NCBI GenBank assembly: GCA_002633005.1 | Contig: NMRA01000939.1 | Coordinates: 29,173-93,172 of the forward strand | DNA length: 64,000 nucleotides | Reading direction: 5' to 3' | From: Phoronis australis | Lineage: Eukaryota; Animalia; Phoronida | Shown here: positions 36,866 to 49,800 of the stretch, piece after piece | Position numbering within the stretch: the first letter of the stretch is position 1 | How the letters are laid out: the number at the start of each line of letters is the position of its first letter | Made by a program: the position numbers and the translations under genes | The notes under the pieces: model-generated | Databases searched by the model: none | What the model was told of the DNA's origin: nothing | What the model saw: only the letters and a program-made list of their open reading frames with translations

Positions 36866-39800
36866 ATGTGAGTTTTTGTGATGTTCTGTTTCATTAACTT
36901 TTGATCATGAAATATTTGCTTGATTTACAAGATTCAAACTCGTTACTGTAAGTCCGTGAGTAATAACTGCTAATGTGCCTGTGTTCGTAGCTCCGGAGGT
37001 CAGTTTCGAGTCGTTTTTCTTGTCCTCCGGGCTCGCACGTTCTGCGCATTTGACGATTTGTTTGAGGATTCAAATGACAAATCTTGCTTCTGACGTTTAG
37101 CCAGCCAGCTAGCTGTATGAAGAGTAAGACTGTCGTCAAAATACAGCTAGGTACCACTGTGTATTTTTCTTCCATAGACCCCGAAATTGCACATAGCCAA
37201 CTCGCCTTAAAATATCAAGAATCGTGTAGAGCTAAAGACTTGATGGGGTGCATGCAAAATCTGGTAATCAAACGACTCTCGCCTTGCCTGTTACAGCCGT
37301 TTAAGTGGAAAACAATCTAATAAACGTCATTTTCTTGGGTAATCCTCTGCCTTTTCGAACAAAGAAAAGTTATGTCGTCGTATTGAAAACAGTACGCTAG
37401 TGACACGTGCACACGCCATTTCCTAAATTTTTGCGACATACCTCAGGAGATGATGATAGCTTGGTAGCAGCAAAATTTCTTCTAAAATTCGGTTTTTCGA
37501 CATCAAAATTCTAAAAACTTATAATGAAGTGAAACCAGTTCCGATAATATGTTGTGACGTGTACCTCGTGAAAGAACAACAGTTGTTTGAAAATTCGGCG
37601 AAAAAAGAAACTGGCCAATAAGGTGATGCAATATTTCGTGGCACTGAAAGCCATCGCTAAAGATCGCTCCACAACATTAGCAGCAGAATAATGGTAAAAC
37701 GTCATTTTTTCCAACACTGTTAAATAATACAGTTTACTCAAGGAAGACTGTAGTTTTTCTGACACTAATTTTGTGTCAGATTTTATCTTACCACTTTTTT
37801 ACCCACATCGGCACCGCAAAGCTGTATATTTAGTGTACAGCTTTGTACCATGGCTAGCTTCTGTTCTTCTGTACAGTTGAGTAGAACTTATTTCTTTTTC
37901 AAGCACGCAACTTTCTAACTGATTCATTTTCGTTCTAATTAACACTGCATTTCGCCCTGTGTAGCTGGCTAAAAATGAAAATCTAATCGAGCCTCATACT
38001 CTGATGAGTATCATGGTAAAGAGTATTGGAAGACAGATTTAGAAATCTGTCTAAACTCTTGAATACCATAACAGTGGTTCATAAAACTTTATGTATGACA
38101 TTTGTACGAGATAGGGTCACATGATACGAGTAAATGTACAAGTGTACAATTTAAGTACATTATTGTTTTACCAACAATTTGAAGAACTGATCGCGAGAAA
38201 AGCTTGTGTTTCAACAACAACAACAACAACAGAAGATGGAACAACAACTGTTGGCCCTGAGAAAACAGCATGGTATCGCTAAAGGAGCCGTCACGAGGCT
38301 GATCAACCATGGTATGAGCCCCTCATGAAAAACAAAGAAAACATTGATTCAATGCCTGAATTCAACCAGTGTCTAGACGCTGCTCGCAGCACACAGCATG
38401 TGTGACGTGCTTTTGGAAGACGATGTAGAAAAGGAAGAATCAAGCGAGTACAAACAGAGACTGCTTGGCTCGGCTCACAAGTTCATTACTTAAGTGCAGC
38501 AATAGGTGAATGAAGAAGATGCCGATCATTAAAATTCTCTTAAATCATAGAATTCTATTACCGTTACGACCAAGAACATCAAAAACAGTAGTGACTCAAG
38601 AAAATACTTCAGAGTTATATAGGGTTGGTCAACCCTAAAATTGCAGTTTTGATGGCATGTAGGCCTACTCGATTGATTTTGTCTCAAGTTGGTAATGGAA
38701 AGAGAATCCTACTGAGGTAATTAAGCAATATATCATTAGAGACCGATTTTATGAGAATTATAGGCCTTATTTGATTTTCATTTTTTGCCACCTAAATGGA
38801 GCAAAATGCAGCTTTAAAATTTAAAGTACAAATGATAAACCTGCACTGTCTTTTGGTTTACACCATGCGCTTACTGTTTTACAAATGATAAACCTGCACT
38901 GTCTTTTGATTTAGACCATGCGCTTACTGTTTTACAAATGATAAACCTGCACTGTCTTTTGATTTAGCCCATGCGCTTACTGTTTTACAAATGATAAACC
39001 TGCACTGTCTTTTGATTTAGCCCATTGTGCTTACTGTTTTACAAATGATAAACCTGCACTGTCTTTTGATTTAGCCCATTGTGCTTACTGTTTTACAAAT
39101 GATAAACCTGCACTGTCTTTTGATTTAGCCCATGTGCTTACTGTTTTACAAATGATAAACCTGCACAGTCTTTTGATTTACCCCATGCGCTTACTGTTTT
39201 ACAAATGATAAACCTGCACTGTCTTTTGATTTAGCCCATTGTGCTTACTGTTTTACAAATGATAAACCTGCACTGTCTTTTGATTTAGCCCATGTGCTTA
39301 CTGTTTTACAAATGATAAACCTGCACTGTCTTTTGATTTAGCCCATGTGCTTACTGCAGCCGCTTTACAATCAGTCTCATCCATAGACATCTTAATACTA
39401 ATGTGATCTCTATGGTCTCATCACTGTGTTCTTCCTTACTCAGATTAGGTATGATTTCTGGCATTAAAAATTAATTCTGCTCATTTCGTGCCCCTTTATA
39501 CTTTGTCATTAGGTTTGTACAAGAGCCACTGTGGTCAAGAAGCCTTTTATCAGGAGCACTGTAAAACAGATCAATTACCGCATTACCATATACTTCACAG
39601 CAATAAAACACTGACTAAAATAAATTAATATGTCCTAGAATAAACCTGGTGATTTTTCAAACTGCTTGGCTTCTTTTTTACCAGAACAAATAGATCTAAA
39701 GTCCTTTTGTGGTATAGATCTTAATTACCGCATTACCAAATTTTTTACAGCTATAAAACACTAATTAAAATAAATTGATATATCGTAGACTAAACCTGGT

Positions 39801-42800
39801 GATTTGTCAAACTGTGTGGCTTCTGAAATTGAATTTCTCATTTTTTACCAGAATAAATACGATGAAAATTGACCAATATAGATATTAGGTTTGGTTCTCT
39901 GAATTACTGCAGTAGATAATTGGCCTGCAAGTCCTGATGTCAGACAAAAGGGCGTGTGAACTGGGTTGATAACTGGGTTAAGACTCAATTTGAAAACGGA
40001 ATCGGGTGGTTTTTGTAATTGTCTTGAGAAGAACAGACAGGTCGTTTTTACTTCAGACGAGGTCCATGAAAGTGCTTGTCACTGCAGATTAGCGTTAATC
40101 ACCAACATGAACGCTGTGTTTACAGATTTGACCACTAGGGTTCACTAGTGTCTCCAGACAGTGCATCCTTTGTGTTTCCAAGTACGACCAACTAATTGCC
40201 TGCTAACTACTTTCCTTATCACTAAAGGCAGGAAGAGATAACCTGCTAAAGGTGCTTAAGTCATTTCAATTTCACAATGCTGTAAGAGACTGAGCAGTGC
40301 AAATGCACTGCCAGCTTGATTAATTCAGTGCGTGGCCTTGAATAATAATCAAAGTTCACCATGCCTTCTCAGTTAGATTTGCTAGTGCTTAAAAGGTGAA
40401 AACTTACCACCTGGAATCAATTTGATTTGTGCACCAGTGTAACCATGGTTAGCATGTTAGCCGGGAAGACATCAGGGCCACCTGGTTTAGTGAAACCATG
40501 CACTTTCAATTCAAACAAAGGAAAGAAACTTCTACATTGAATGTGGTGATGTTGCACTGGAAGTGTTCGGTTTGTAGTACATATAGCTTTTAATTTTATA
40601 AAACCTCTGATCAATGTCATTAGAGAAATGGTCGACGACATGTATGATTTATTCTCATAGCATAATCAAGTAATGATGAAAATAAAACAAGGCCAAGGGT
40701 GTTGCTCTCTTATCACAAATATGCATGTCTGGAAGTTAGAGAATATTAATTACCTAAACAAGTCTTGTGCATGTTATACTTGGGTCTATGGCCATATGGA
40801 TGTATTGCAATAAATCTCTAGAAAATTACACAGCTATTGAATCTCTAGTTTAGTTGCTATTTCCTTTCAAATTTGGTATTATATTTTGATACCAAAATAA
40901 TCTTAATTGTTAAGAGTATTTTAGCCACTTGTTTTCCAGTCGATTCAAAATTTTAAAAGTTGTTTGTGTCAGGTGTTCGATATTGTTAAGAAACTAAACA
41001 TTTTTTTGCGATTAAGATTCCTGCACTTGCTTATGAACCATATTGTGTCCAAGAATCGAACTTTTGATTTTGTCTCAGCTTGTTTCTTACTAAGATCAGA
41101 AGTGATTTCTAGATTTGTAAAGAACTGGCAGTTCATTATTTGTTGAGACCATGCTCGGCGTATAAAATGACCTGCCGCAACAAGTCAAATCGTGGAGTCT
41201 AATCTTGAGCAATAACTCTCAGTTATTCTAAGTCTGGAATTTGACCCCAGTTTGACCTAGGAATTGTTTGAGGCCGATTTCATAATTGATAGGTTGTCTA
41301 AGTCAAAAGTTGTTTCTTGTAATGGAAGCCAGGTTATAATCACTTGTCTTTAAAAGTTTCATCCATCTTTATTCTAATTATGCTAAGAAAACTCCACGAG
41401 AATCCCATACTCTGCTTAAGGCCTGTCAAGTCTCTCCAGGCACATAGTTGTTATCAGATGTAGATATGGCATAACCACATGAACACACAACATGTACAAG
41501 GAGCAATTATCTACCTAACTATTGGAATCATTGTTGATGTAATAATACCTCTACTTCACACAAAAAGCCGAACTTAGATTAGCATTCTTGATTATACCAT
41601 GGGTTGTCCAAAGTGGTTCTTGTTTATATCTATTGACAATGTATAAAATGTGTCAGTGAAATGGGTGTATTTCTAATTAAATAAGATACCTATCTCTGCC
41701 AACTAATTTTATCTTTCATCTATATTAATCATATTTATAAAATAAAATTCTGAAAAACCAGGGATGGCCAAGAGGTGCTATTCTTTATTTGCTCTTCAAT
41801 GCTCCTCCTCTGTCATTTCCATAGCACCATCCCTTGTTTCGGTCATGCAGTAATGTTTGTTACTTTTCTCATGTTTAGGAGCAACGGATTACGTAGGGTA
41901 GCTAACAAACTGCTGACCTTGGTCGTTGTTAGAGAACCCACAAGAGTTCTGCTGGGAATGAAGAAGAGAGGCTTTGGAGTGGGCAAGTGGAATGGGTTTG
42001 GCGGTAAAGTTCATGTTGGTGAAACAATCGTGGAGGCTGCGAAAAGGTATCCATGTTTGTTTTGACTTTATGTATAATGACCTGTGGACATGGGGTCTGG
42101 GTTCCCCCAGATGAAGTATACTTGAAGCTGCGTTTTGCTCTGTTGAGCTGGCTAAAAAATAAAAATTAAGACTTTTACTCAGTATAGTAAATATACAGAT
42201 GCTGAGGTTGCCCAATAGTGCAATATATCAAGTATAACACAGAGAAGTCAGGAACCCCAACTGGGAATTGAACCACAGATTGGATTGCCAGTCTAGTGCT
42301 CTTACCATTGAGTTACTGAGGACCCGATATCTGTGCAATTACTGTTTACAGTAAGAGCACTAGACCGGCAATTTAGAGACCTGTGGTTGGATTCCCAGTT
42401 AGGTTCCTGACTTTTCTGTGTTTATTTAATACCTTTTACTCAAGATTAATCTCGTAATACTCTGTACTATGACAGGCTTTGCATTTCCATTTCTCGCAAT
42501 AACGTCAAAACCATCAGCGACTCTAGAAACTGTTTCAGAGTTTATTGGGGTTTACCAATCTTACAATTGTGAATTCAAAAGCGGTGTCTATCCGCATTTC
42601 CTGTGACTGGAGTTGGTAATCAAAATAGAATCCTTAGATCACAGAAAAGAATATTATGAGACCGATTTTATAAGGGTAAACGGTCAAATTCGATTTTCTT
42701 TTTTAGTCAGCTCAACAGAGTGAAATACAGTAAGTTGTTTGTATTTAAAATCGTCATTTCTTCGTTTTTTGTTTATGCCAATCCCCACATTTTATTTTAT

Positions 42801-43914
42801 ATCGCATAGTATGGTAATTCTGATGTTGATTGCTCAGGGAATTAAAAGAGGAAACTACGATTGAAGTTGATGATTTGTCTGAAGTTGGTCTGCTGATGTT
42901 TGAGTTTGTTGGCGAAGAGCAACTGATGGAAGTTCATGTTTTCACGACTGAAAAATACACAGGAACACCGACGGAAACGGAAGGTAAAACATTATTTGGA
43001 CATGTAAGACAAAGAACCTCGCAGTTTGTCTTGACAGTTTATCTCCAGGCAACAGCTCAAAAAACACGTAACTGACTCTCGTATAGTCACTTAGAATTGC
43101 TCGGCATTCCACTTTACATATGTCATAATGGCCTTGTCTGTACACGAACCAATTACACACAATAAAGACGTTTTGAAATTGTCTTTAAATTTATTAGTAT
43201 CGGTTGTTTTACGCCTTGTGATTTAACGGTAAAAATTCTCCAGCTTAGGACAGTGAAAATTTTTAAATTTAAATATTAATTTTTTTTGCTCTAGGTTGGA
43301 GCCCGTATCATATTTTAGAAATAGTCAATATTGGCTGTCAAAAGTTCAAGAATCACGAGAGAGACGAATTTAGCATTGGCAACGATTTTCAACAATTCTC
43401 TGATGATATAAAATGCAGAATCTGGTATTTGAGAAACATGTTAAATGCCAAATTACGCAATGTCCCAATCTTCAGAATCAAGAAAACTCAATTTTCAGTA
43501 TCCAAATTTTAGAGACTGCCCAAACTAGAAAATTTTCACTCTACTCAATTGTATCGTCTCTCCTAAAATTTTTGTGTTTCTTTGTGACAAATCATTTCAA
43601 AACATACAAAAACCGTCTATCCATAGCTGCTGGAGTAAAAGATGAATTTAATTGTTCAGTTTTTAGAAAAGGGCATGACTTTAATTCATTTACAGCATTA
43701 TTTGTTTGTTATTGTAGAGATGCGCCCCCAATGGTTTGACCTTGCAAGCATCCCCTATGACTTGATGTGGAAAGATGATATCTTGTGGTATCCATTGATG
43801 TTCAAGGGAGCAAAATTTGCTGGTTATTTCAAATTTGAAGGACATGATAAAATGCTTGAACACAATTTGTGTGAAGTAGACACCATTGAGGGACAGTTTG
43901 CTCATTTGAGGTGA
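36866..43914 (+). CDS. NUDT1: Oxidised purine nucleoside triphosphatase MTH1 (Nudix); exons 36866-36867 (AT, inferred), 41879(or 41897)-42046, 42838-42983, 43718-43914
   Basis: [47 protein letters not shown]|ELKEET (Nudix box)..[16 protein letters not shown]|[31 protein letters not shown]. The first exon is inferred from tcaaaAT|GTGAGT joining a G-initial phase-2 exon. Confidence 0.9.
38236..38470 (+). mobile_element. Possible decayed BEL/Pao LTR-retrotransposon gag N-terminal fragment
   Basis: [24 protein letters not shown] resembles the L-x-x-x-R-x-x-x-K-x-x-x-TR start of BEL/Pao gag; broken acidic frames follow. Recognised by pattern only. Confidence 0.3.
38827..39357. repeat. Minisatellite, about 54-bp unit, about 10 copies
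   Basis: Unit tacaaatgataaacctgcactgtcttttgatttagcccatg(t/c)gcttactgttt. Confidence 0.95.
39570..39860. repeat. Diverged tandem duplication of about 150 bp
   Basis: aattaccgcattacca..taaacctggtgattt..ttttttaccagaa occurs twice. Confidence 0.7.
42233..42430. mobile_element. Palindromic element made of two inverted tRNA-like arms
   Basis: cacagagaagtcaggaacc..ctgggaattgaaccacag..ttgccagtctagtgctcttac / gtaagagcactagaccggcaa..ctgtggttggattcccag..ggttcctgacttttctgtg. Confidence 0.65.
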
Positions 43915-45418
43915 TTGATTTCTTGTATTAAATAACTGTTGCTATTGAAACTGATTGTTCAATTGACATTGTCTTTTATTACTCTTTCTAACAATTTTAA
44001 TGGGAAAGGTCCTCCTTTCTCCTGTAGTTAAGAATACTACTTTGCAGTGGACATACGATTGCTATGAATTTGTTTTAGGTGGAGCTTGTTTGTGTCAAGA
44101 AGGATAAGATCTGTACCTGACACTGTGTGTTCCAATTTCGCTATGACTGCAGTAAAAACGTAGTAAAGCTCAGATGTGAGCATGAGCTATGTCTATGATG
44201 GGCACTACTGGCATAAACAGGGTGCATAAGGGGCCATATCCCCGACCCCCCTCATCATAACAAATAACCCAAATCCGTCAACAGATTTTCAAATCATCGT
44301 TCCAAGGGTAACTTCTCTAGCAGAGAATGGTGAATGAATCTGTTACCACTGCTTTTCTTAGTCTTTAAGAAAATTTCTGGATCATTTCCGTAGCAACGTT
44401 TTGACCTAAATTACCATTAGTGCAAAAATCAAATGTTATCCACTGGGACATGCTTAAAAGGATAGCAAACCTGGTTTTGACCTATTTAGAGATACTAAAA
44501 ACGACATTCCAGTCTAGTTCTCAGAGAGGAAATAATACTTTGTAACCTTGGACAACCCTCAAAAGTTTGGAGGAAATTTTGAAAACTCCTTTCAAAGTCC
44601 GGTAAAGCTGCAAGCCTTGCCTATGCTTTTAGCAAGTTACACAGCAACTGTGAGAGAAGACCACCCACCAGGGACCGTGATGTCCAATTTGTGAAATAGG
44701 TGTTATGAGTTTTTAGTTGATTCCTGCTTTTATCATTCAAGATTGACTGCAACGATGTATTAGCAGGTGACAGAATGAAGATTGGACAAAATTATCAAAA
44801 CAGAAGAATGACTTTCATGGCCAATTCACTAGTAAATGGTGTTTTTAATGCCCTACTGGAGGATTTGCTTTTGTTTACATGACTCTCTGGAAGAGTAGAT
44901 ATTCTAATTCCTCAGATTTTGGTAGGCCCCACAAATTAAGTACTCCCAGGGCCCATAAGTTCTGAGGGGGAACGGTTCCAGTCCAGTTCATGTTGTCTGT
45001 GGGTGTCTAGGTTCTGAGCTACTTCAAGATATATGTTCAAGTTGTCTTGAAAGTCAACGATATGTGTCACAAATTGTCATATTGTGTAAAGTGCGTTAGA
45101 TTTTACCATTTGTTTGTAGATATCAGCTGCATAGCATGAAGTGTGAATTATAAAAGACTGCTGGGGTCATACCTTGGGTGTCTGTTTTACCAGTCAAAGT
45201 CCTATTTTGATATAAGTAGCTGACTGCATTTCAAAAAATTGATGTTTGGTAGCAACGTTTTGCGACTCCTAAGTAGGCTTATGTAAAAAATTGAATATTT
45301 TCCTATGTCTCTTTGACAGGAGCTCCGATTTAGTGCCGACTTATATAAGTGTAAGCCAGCTGAATATCCCTTAGGAACACAGATAATGTCCTTGTCCTTA
45401 TATTGGAACCAAAACCTG

Positions 45419-45700
45419 TCATTTTGGTTGTTGACACTTTGACACTTTTCGTGCGTGAAAGTAGTGCCCACTAGTCAATTTCATTTTGGTTGTTGACACT
45501 TTTGGCGCATAAAAGTAACAGTGCCCACTGGTCAGTTTCATTTTGGTTGTTGACACTTTGACACTTTCGGTGCGTGAGATTAACAGTGCCCAGTAGTCAG
45601 TTTCATTTTGGTTGTTGACACTTTTGGTGCGTGAAAGTAACAGTGCCCACTTGAAAGTAACAGTGCCCACGTGAAAATAACAGTGCCCACTAGTCAGTTT
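45419..45700. repeat. Degenerate tandem repeat, about 60-bp unit
   Basis: Repeated tcattttggttgttgacacttt...cagtgcccac. Confidence 0.85.
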
Positions 45701-46888
45701 CTTTTGTCGCGTTTATGCTTTTCACTATCTGCTTCAGGGCGGCAAGGCTCCTATCATGCTATAGAAGTCCGTGATCATACCTAGTGGTTGTGCCAGGGCT
45801 TGTTCTGTTCAATCGTTGAACGTGGAACAGAAAATGCGAATGGTCTTAATCCATGAACTTGTTTATTGGAGACGAATCGCTTAAATTAACATAAAATTTA
45901 AATCAAATTTCGTGGATAAACTGCAACATAATCAAAAACAATTAGACCTACACTATCGATGATATTGATCCCTCACTTGGAAAACCAGCTTTTTTCATTT
46001 TTTGTCAGATATTTTATAGACAGGCATCATCGCATTACTTTTTCAGCGAATCTCGAAGCTAGTTTGTGTGGACAGATGAGTACCTTTAATGACAGTTAAT
46101 ATATTAAATGCACAGCAGACGACTGAATCTAGCTTGACGCCACTCCAGTTACGAATAATCAGATCAAGCGGAAGTCGCAACAATCAAGTTACCAGCGGCT
46201 AGTTTTACTGTTTGAGGCTACTCTGGATTTTATTGCCAAGTCTATGTATTAAGCCAAATATTTACAAACTCTAAATTCAAACTGACCACAAAAACCATCG
46301 TATTTTCTGTAAGTAGAATTTGATTTTTGACCTTTTCCCAAACTGCTATTGATTGAGTCACGCGACCTCATCTTTTGGTGACATTTGCAGAAAAGAAAGG
46401 TACTTAACATAACCAATTTTTTACTTGGTAAAAATATTCAAGATGAGATCTAAAAACGCTATTTCAGTCTACTAAAATTTCATATCGTTTTCGTTTCATA
46501 AAATTTTACGGACTTTTTTATTGTCCATCTTGTAAAAGTGGAAAATTTTTAAAATAAATCCTAACGGCGTTTTGGATGGAAATCCGATTCCCCCATTTCC
46601 GAGACATGAATATTCAAAGTCAGCTTGATTTGGCCATTTTTGTAGTGTCCTACATCTTAAAGAATCAATGAACGCATTCGATCTGGGGTGTCATCACGTG
46701 CTATTAGAAACGCTAACTTTCCGTATTAAAAAAATCACGTATTTCACCCCAAAACGTGCCAAAACAATGTTTTTCAAAGATGGCGCTATACATTGGGCTT
46801 TTGCAATTCACATGTTTCAAAGTTGGCGGTATGAATATTCCTTATGTATAATATCGTGTATATTGTGTCAAAAAATTCCTGACAAAAG

Positions 46889-49800
46889 CTACGCGTTTAC
46901 AATTTCGTCCTCTTTCACACTGTTGTTGTTATCATTTTCGTCGAGATCAGGTATTTCGTTTTGTTCTTGTTGGTCTTTCTTCTGGTCCTCTGTTAACGTT
47001 TCCACGTGGTATCCAGTGACGCAACCCGGCTGTACATCAAGTCGACCACAAAAATGGCATGTCTAAAATACATAGGACAGAGGATGTAAATAAATCAAGA
47101 ATCTAAACCCGTGAAATTAAATATTAATATCAACAGTCAATTCGAAACCGGGTGCCTGGGCTTTTTGGCGATTTGAGTATAAACTGAAATATTCCATACT
47201 GCGTCCGATCTCATCTCGAATATCACCCTTACTCGCCAAATGCGACTTCAACTTGCCAAAATTCCTAGATAGTCTCCACCACAGTTTCAGAACGGCGAAG
47301 GTCATAACCATTTCTGGTGAAATCGCTTGGCAGGCTGTCGGATGCGCATTTCGTGACCGCTTTTGCGACTATCTTCGCAGTATGTTTTTCTTGTATCAGA
47401 TGTTTCATCTTGTAATTAATTTATGGCATTTATAAGTCAACCTTGCTCTCTCCCGCTATCATTGAAAACGGGCTTCAGATATCACGGTAGGCAGATATGA
47501 ACGACATCAATGTAGACTTCTCTTATTACGAAAATGGCGCTTGGTTGTAAAGTTATTGTACTTGAACGCTTAAATATTGATGTTTGTGTCGACATGAAAT
47601 TTTAAAATTTATGCTCAAGTCAGAAGACCCACCGGCGGCCAGCTTTGAAGGCGGACACTAAATTCTGGTTGATTTTTTTTACCTCCACAGTAAGTGTTGT
47701 GCTTAAAAGACGGTACCATGCATTTACATCGTCAGTAAGTTCATTCGATGCCAAGTTCGTTCATTTCCGTGTGTCGTTCATTTGATGCCAAGTTCGTTCA
47801 TTTCCGTGTGTCGATATCTTGTACATTACTACTAATTATGTGTACATTGTAACGCTTACGGAAAATGAAATGTGACATTAATGTGCGTGATCCCTCAGTA
47901 TGCTTAATATTAGCCCTGTACGTCATGATTTTGACGACATCTAATAAAGAATGTGTTTAAAAAACGATAAGATGTCTTGGCATTTGCTAGATATTCACAA
48001 AAACAAGATGATTTAGTTTTCGCCTAACACTACGTGGTGCACAATGTACATCTGTTTGATAACCGGACGTGTCGAGCGTTTCAAATTTTCTGTCAATTAC
48101 ATTAATTTGATTTGAGGCTTTGTCACCGGTTTCCTACTTTATAGTCTGCCAGAACAAAGATTGTGAGAGTGATATTGCCGTGACATTTCCAAGTCGAATA
48201 GAACTTACCCCCTGTAGCAAAACCGTATGGACGGAGGAAGGAAACATGAAAAGGAAAGAATAATACATGACTAGTTATGTTTTGACACACTGTTAGTTTC
48301 AGATCATCATGTTCGGAGCTCTACGGGGTCGGCGTGATATATTTCCACAAAAATTAATGAACGGTAGTAGACCCACCTTCCGTCAAAGATTAAGTTTTGT
48401 CTTAAGACAAATTAAAACTTGTCCTCTGCTCAGATTAGTTTCCTGGTTTAGGATGTACGTTACTACTTGAGATCAGCGTACTTTGCTAGTTCTTTCCTAA
48501 AGATGCAGAAATACTTCCTCATCCGAGCAAGGAACAAGCTGAGATCAATTTTTAAGTAATCTAAATCAAAAAGTGTTATTTGACACTCGCAGGCTGAGTA
48601 GAGTTCAATAACCCCAGGACCTTGTTAAAGTCTTTCTAAAATCACGTGCTGTTATATGAAATACAGGCCATATCTTACTTTATTTCGCGAAGTTTTGCCT
48701 TTTAGCGAGGTCCTCGTTACTGAACTATAACGGGGGGATTTGGGAACTTCAAAATGCAACTGCTTCGCTTCACATCGATGTTCTAAGCCCTCTACCGATA
48801 CTTAACTAAAATAATTAAATTATACCGATAAAGCTAATCCGCCGTGGTAGGCTCATAGCATGCTCTAATCTCTGAAAAAGTAGACCTTTTGCTATCAAAA
48901 AAACGTGAGGACTAAAAAAACGGGGTACCACCTTCAGGCTTGTGAACTGTGCGTCAGCGCCTTTTTAGTGGACTTTTGTCTCGTTTTCTCGGACTTTTTA
49001 CCCTCTTCGCCAAATGATCGGTCGTGTTCTTGGCGGTTGGAATCTCGTAAATTCAGTAACATTAGTTTATTCGATTCAAAACCTCGCAGTACGAAAGGAA
49101 ACGACTTATTTTTGTAACTTGCGAATAAATTGTTTGTTAAAAAAATATTTTTTGTATAAAATTTCAAAATACTCACTCCCTATCGTCGTGATTTCCAGAT
49201 GCGAAGACATGGAAAAGAAATGAAACGTGTTGAAAATAATACATGCAAGAAACACCAAATACAAGACATTATTAGAAATGGAAACATGTTTACAATATCA
49301 GATTTGAATTCCATTTTTGACAAGACCGCAACCCTGTTCCTGTTGAATATATATCTGATTGCTTGTTTGACAACATTGTTTTAACCAGATATCGCTCTAT
49401 TTGAGCATATTTCGTTCATAGATAGGTTCATAGATAGTTATCACCAGTTCACTTGTTACTCTCTCAATCGTTTTTGGCTCGGCATTTTCTCTGGGTTACT
49501 AATGAAAATTATACCTAAAGGATGTGTTGGATTAGTTTTGTTTTGTAAAGTAGTTGCTTTTCACTGGTCACTGTTCGATCCGTTGGGCCCCGTTTTACCA
49601 AAGGTAGTTAGATGTGCCTTGAGACGTTCGTATCATGAAATTTTATGATATATTGGCGTGATTTATGAAGGCCTGTTTCAACTCAAATGCGAAGTATGAT
49701 CACGTTTACATCATTAGTAACGTTTCGCTCTGACTCGGTAAAAATACAGCTTCTCTATGTTGCAAACACGTGCTTACCACTGTCTGAGTTTCACGGGACA

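Noticed and set aside
38827-39357. CRISPR-like regular repeats (also 14405-14684 and 29798-29963)
   Set aside because: Head-to-tail units without unique spacers, in eukaryotic introns, with no cas genes.
42047-42837. NUDT1 intron starting GTATCCAT as a possible U12 intron
   Set aside because: Mismatch at +7 and no TCCTTAAC-like branch point near the acceptor; treated as U2.
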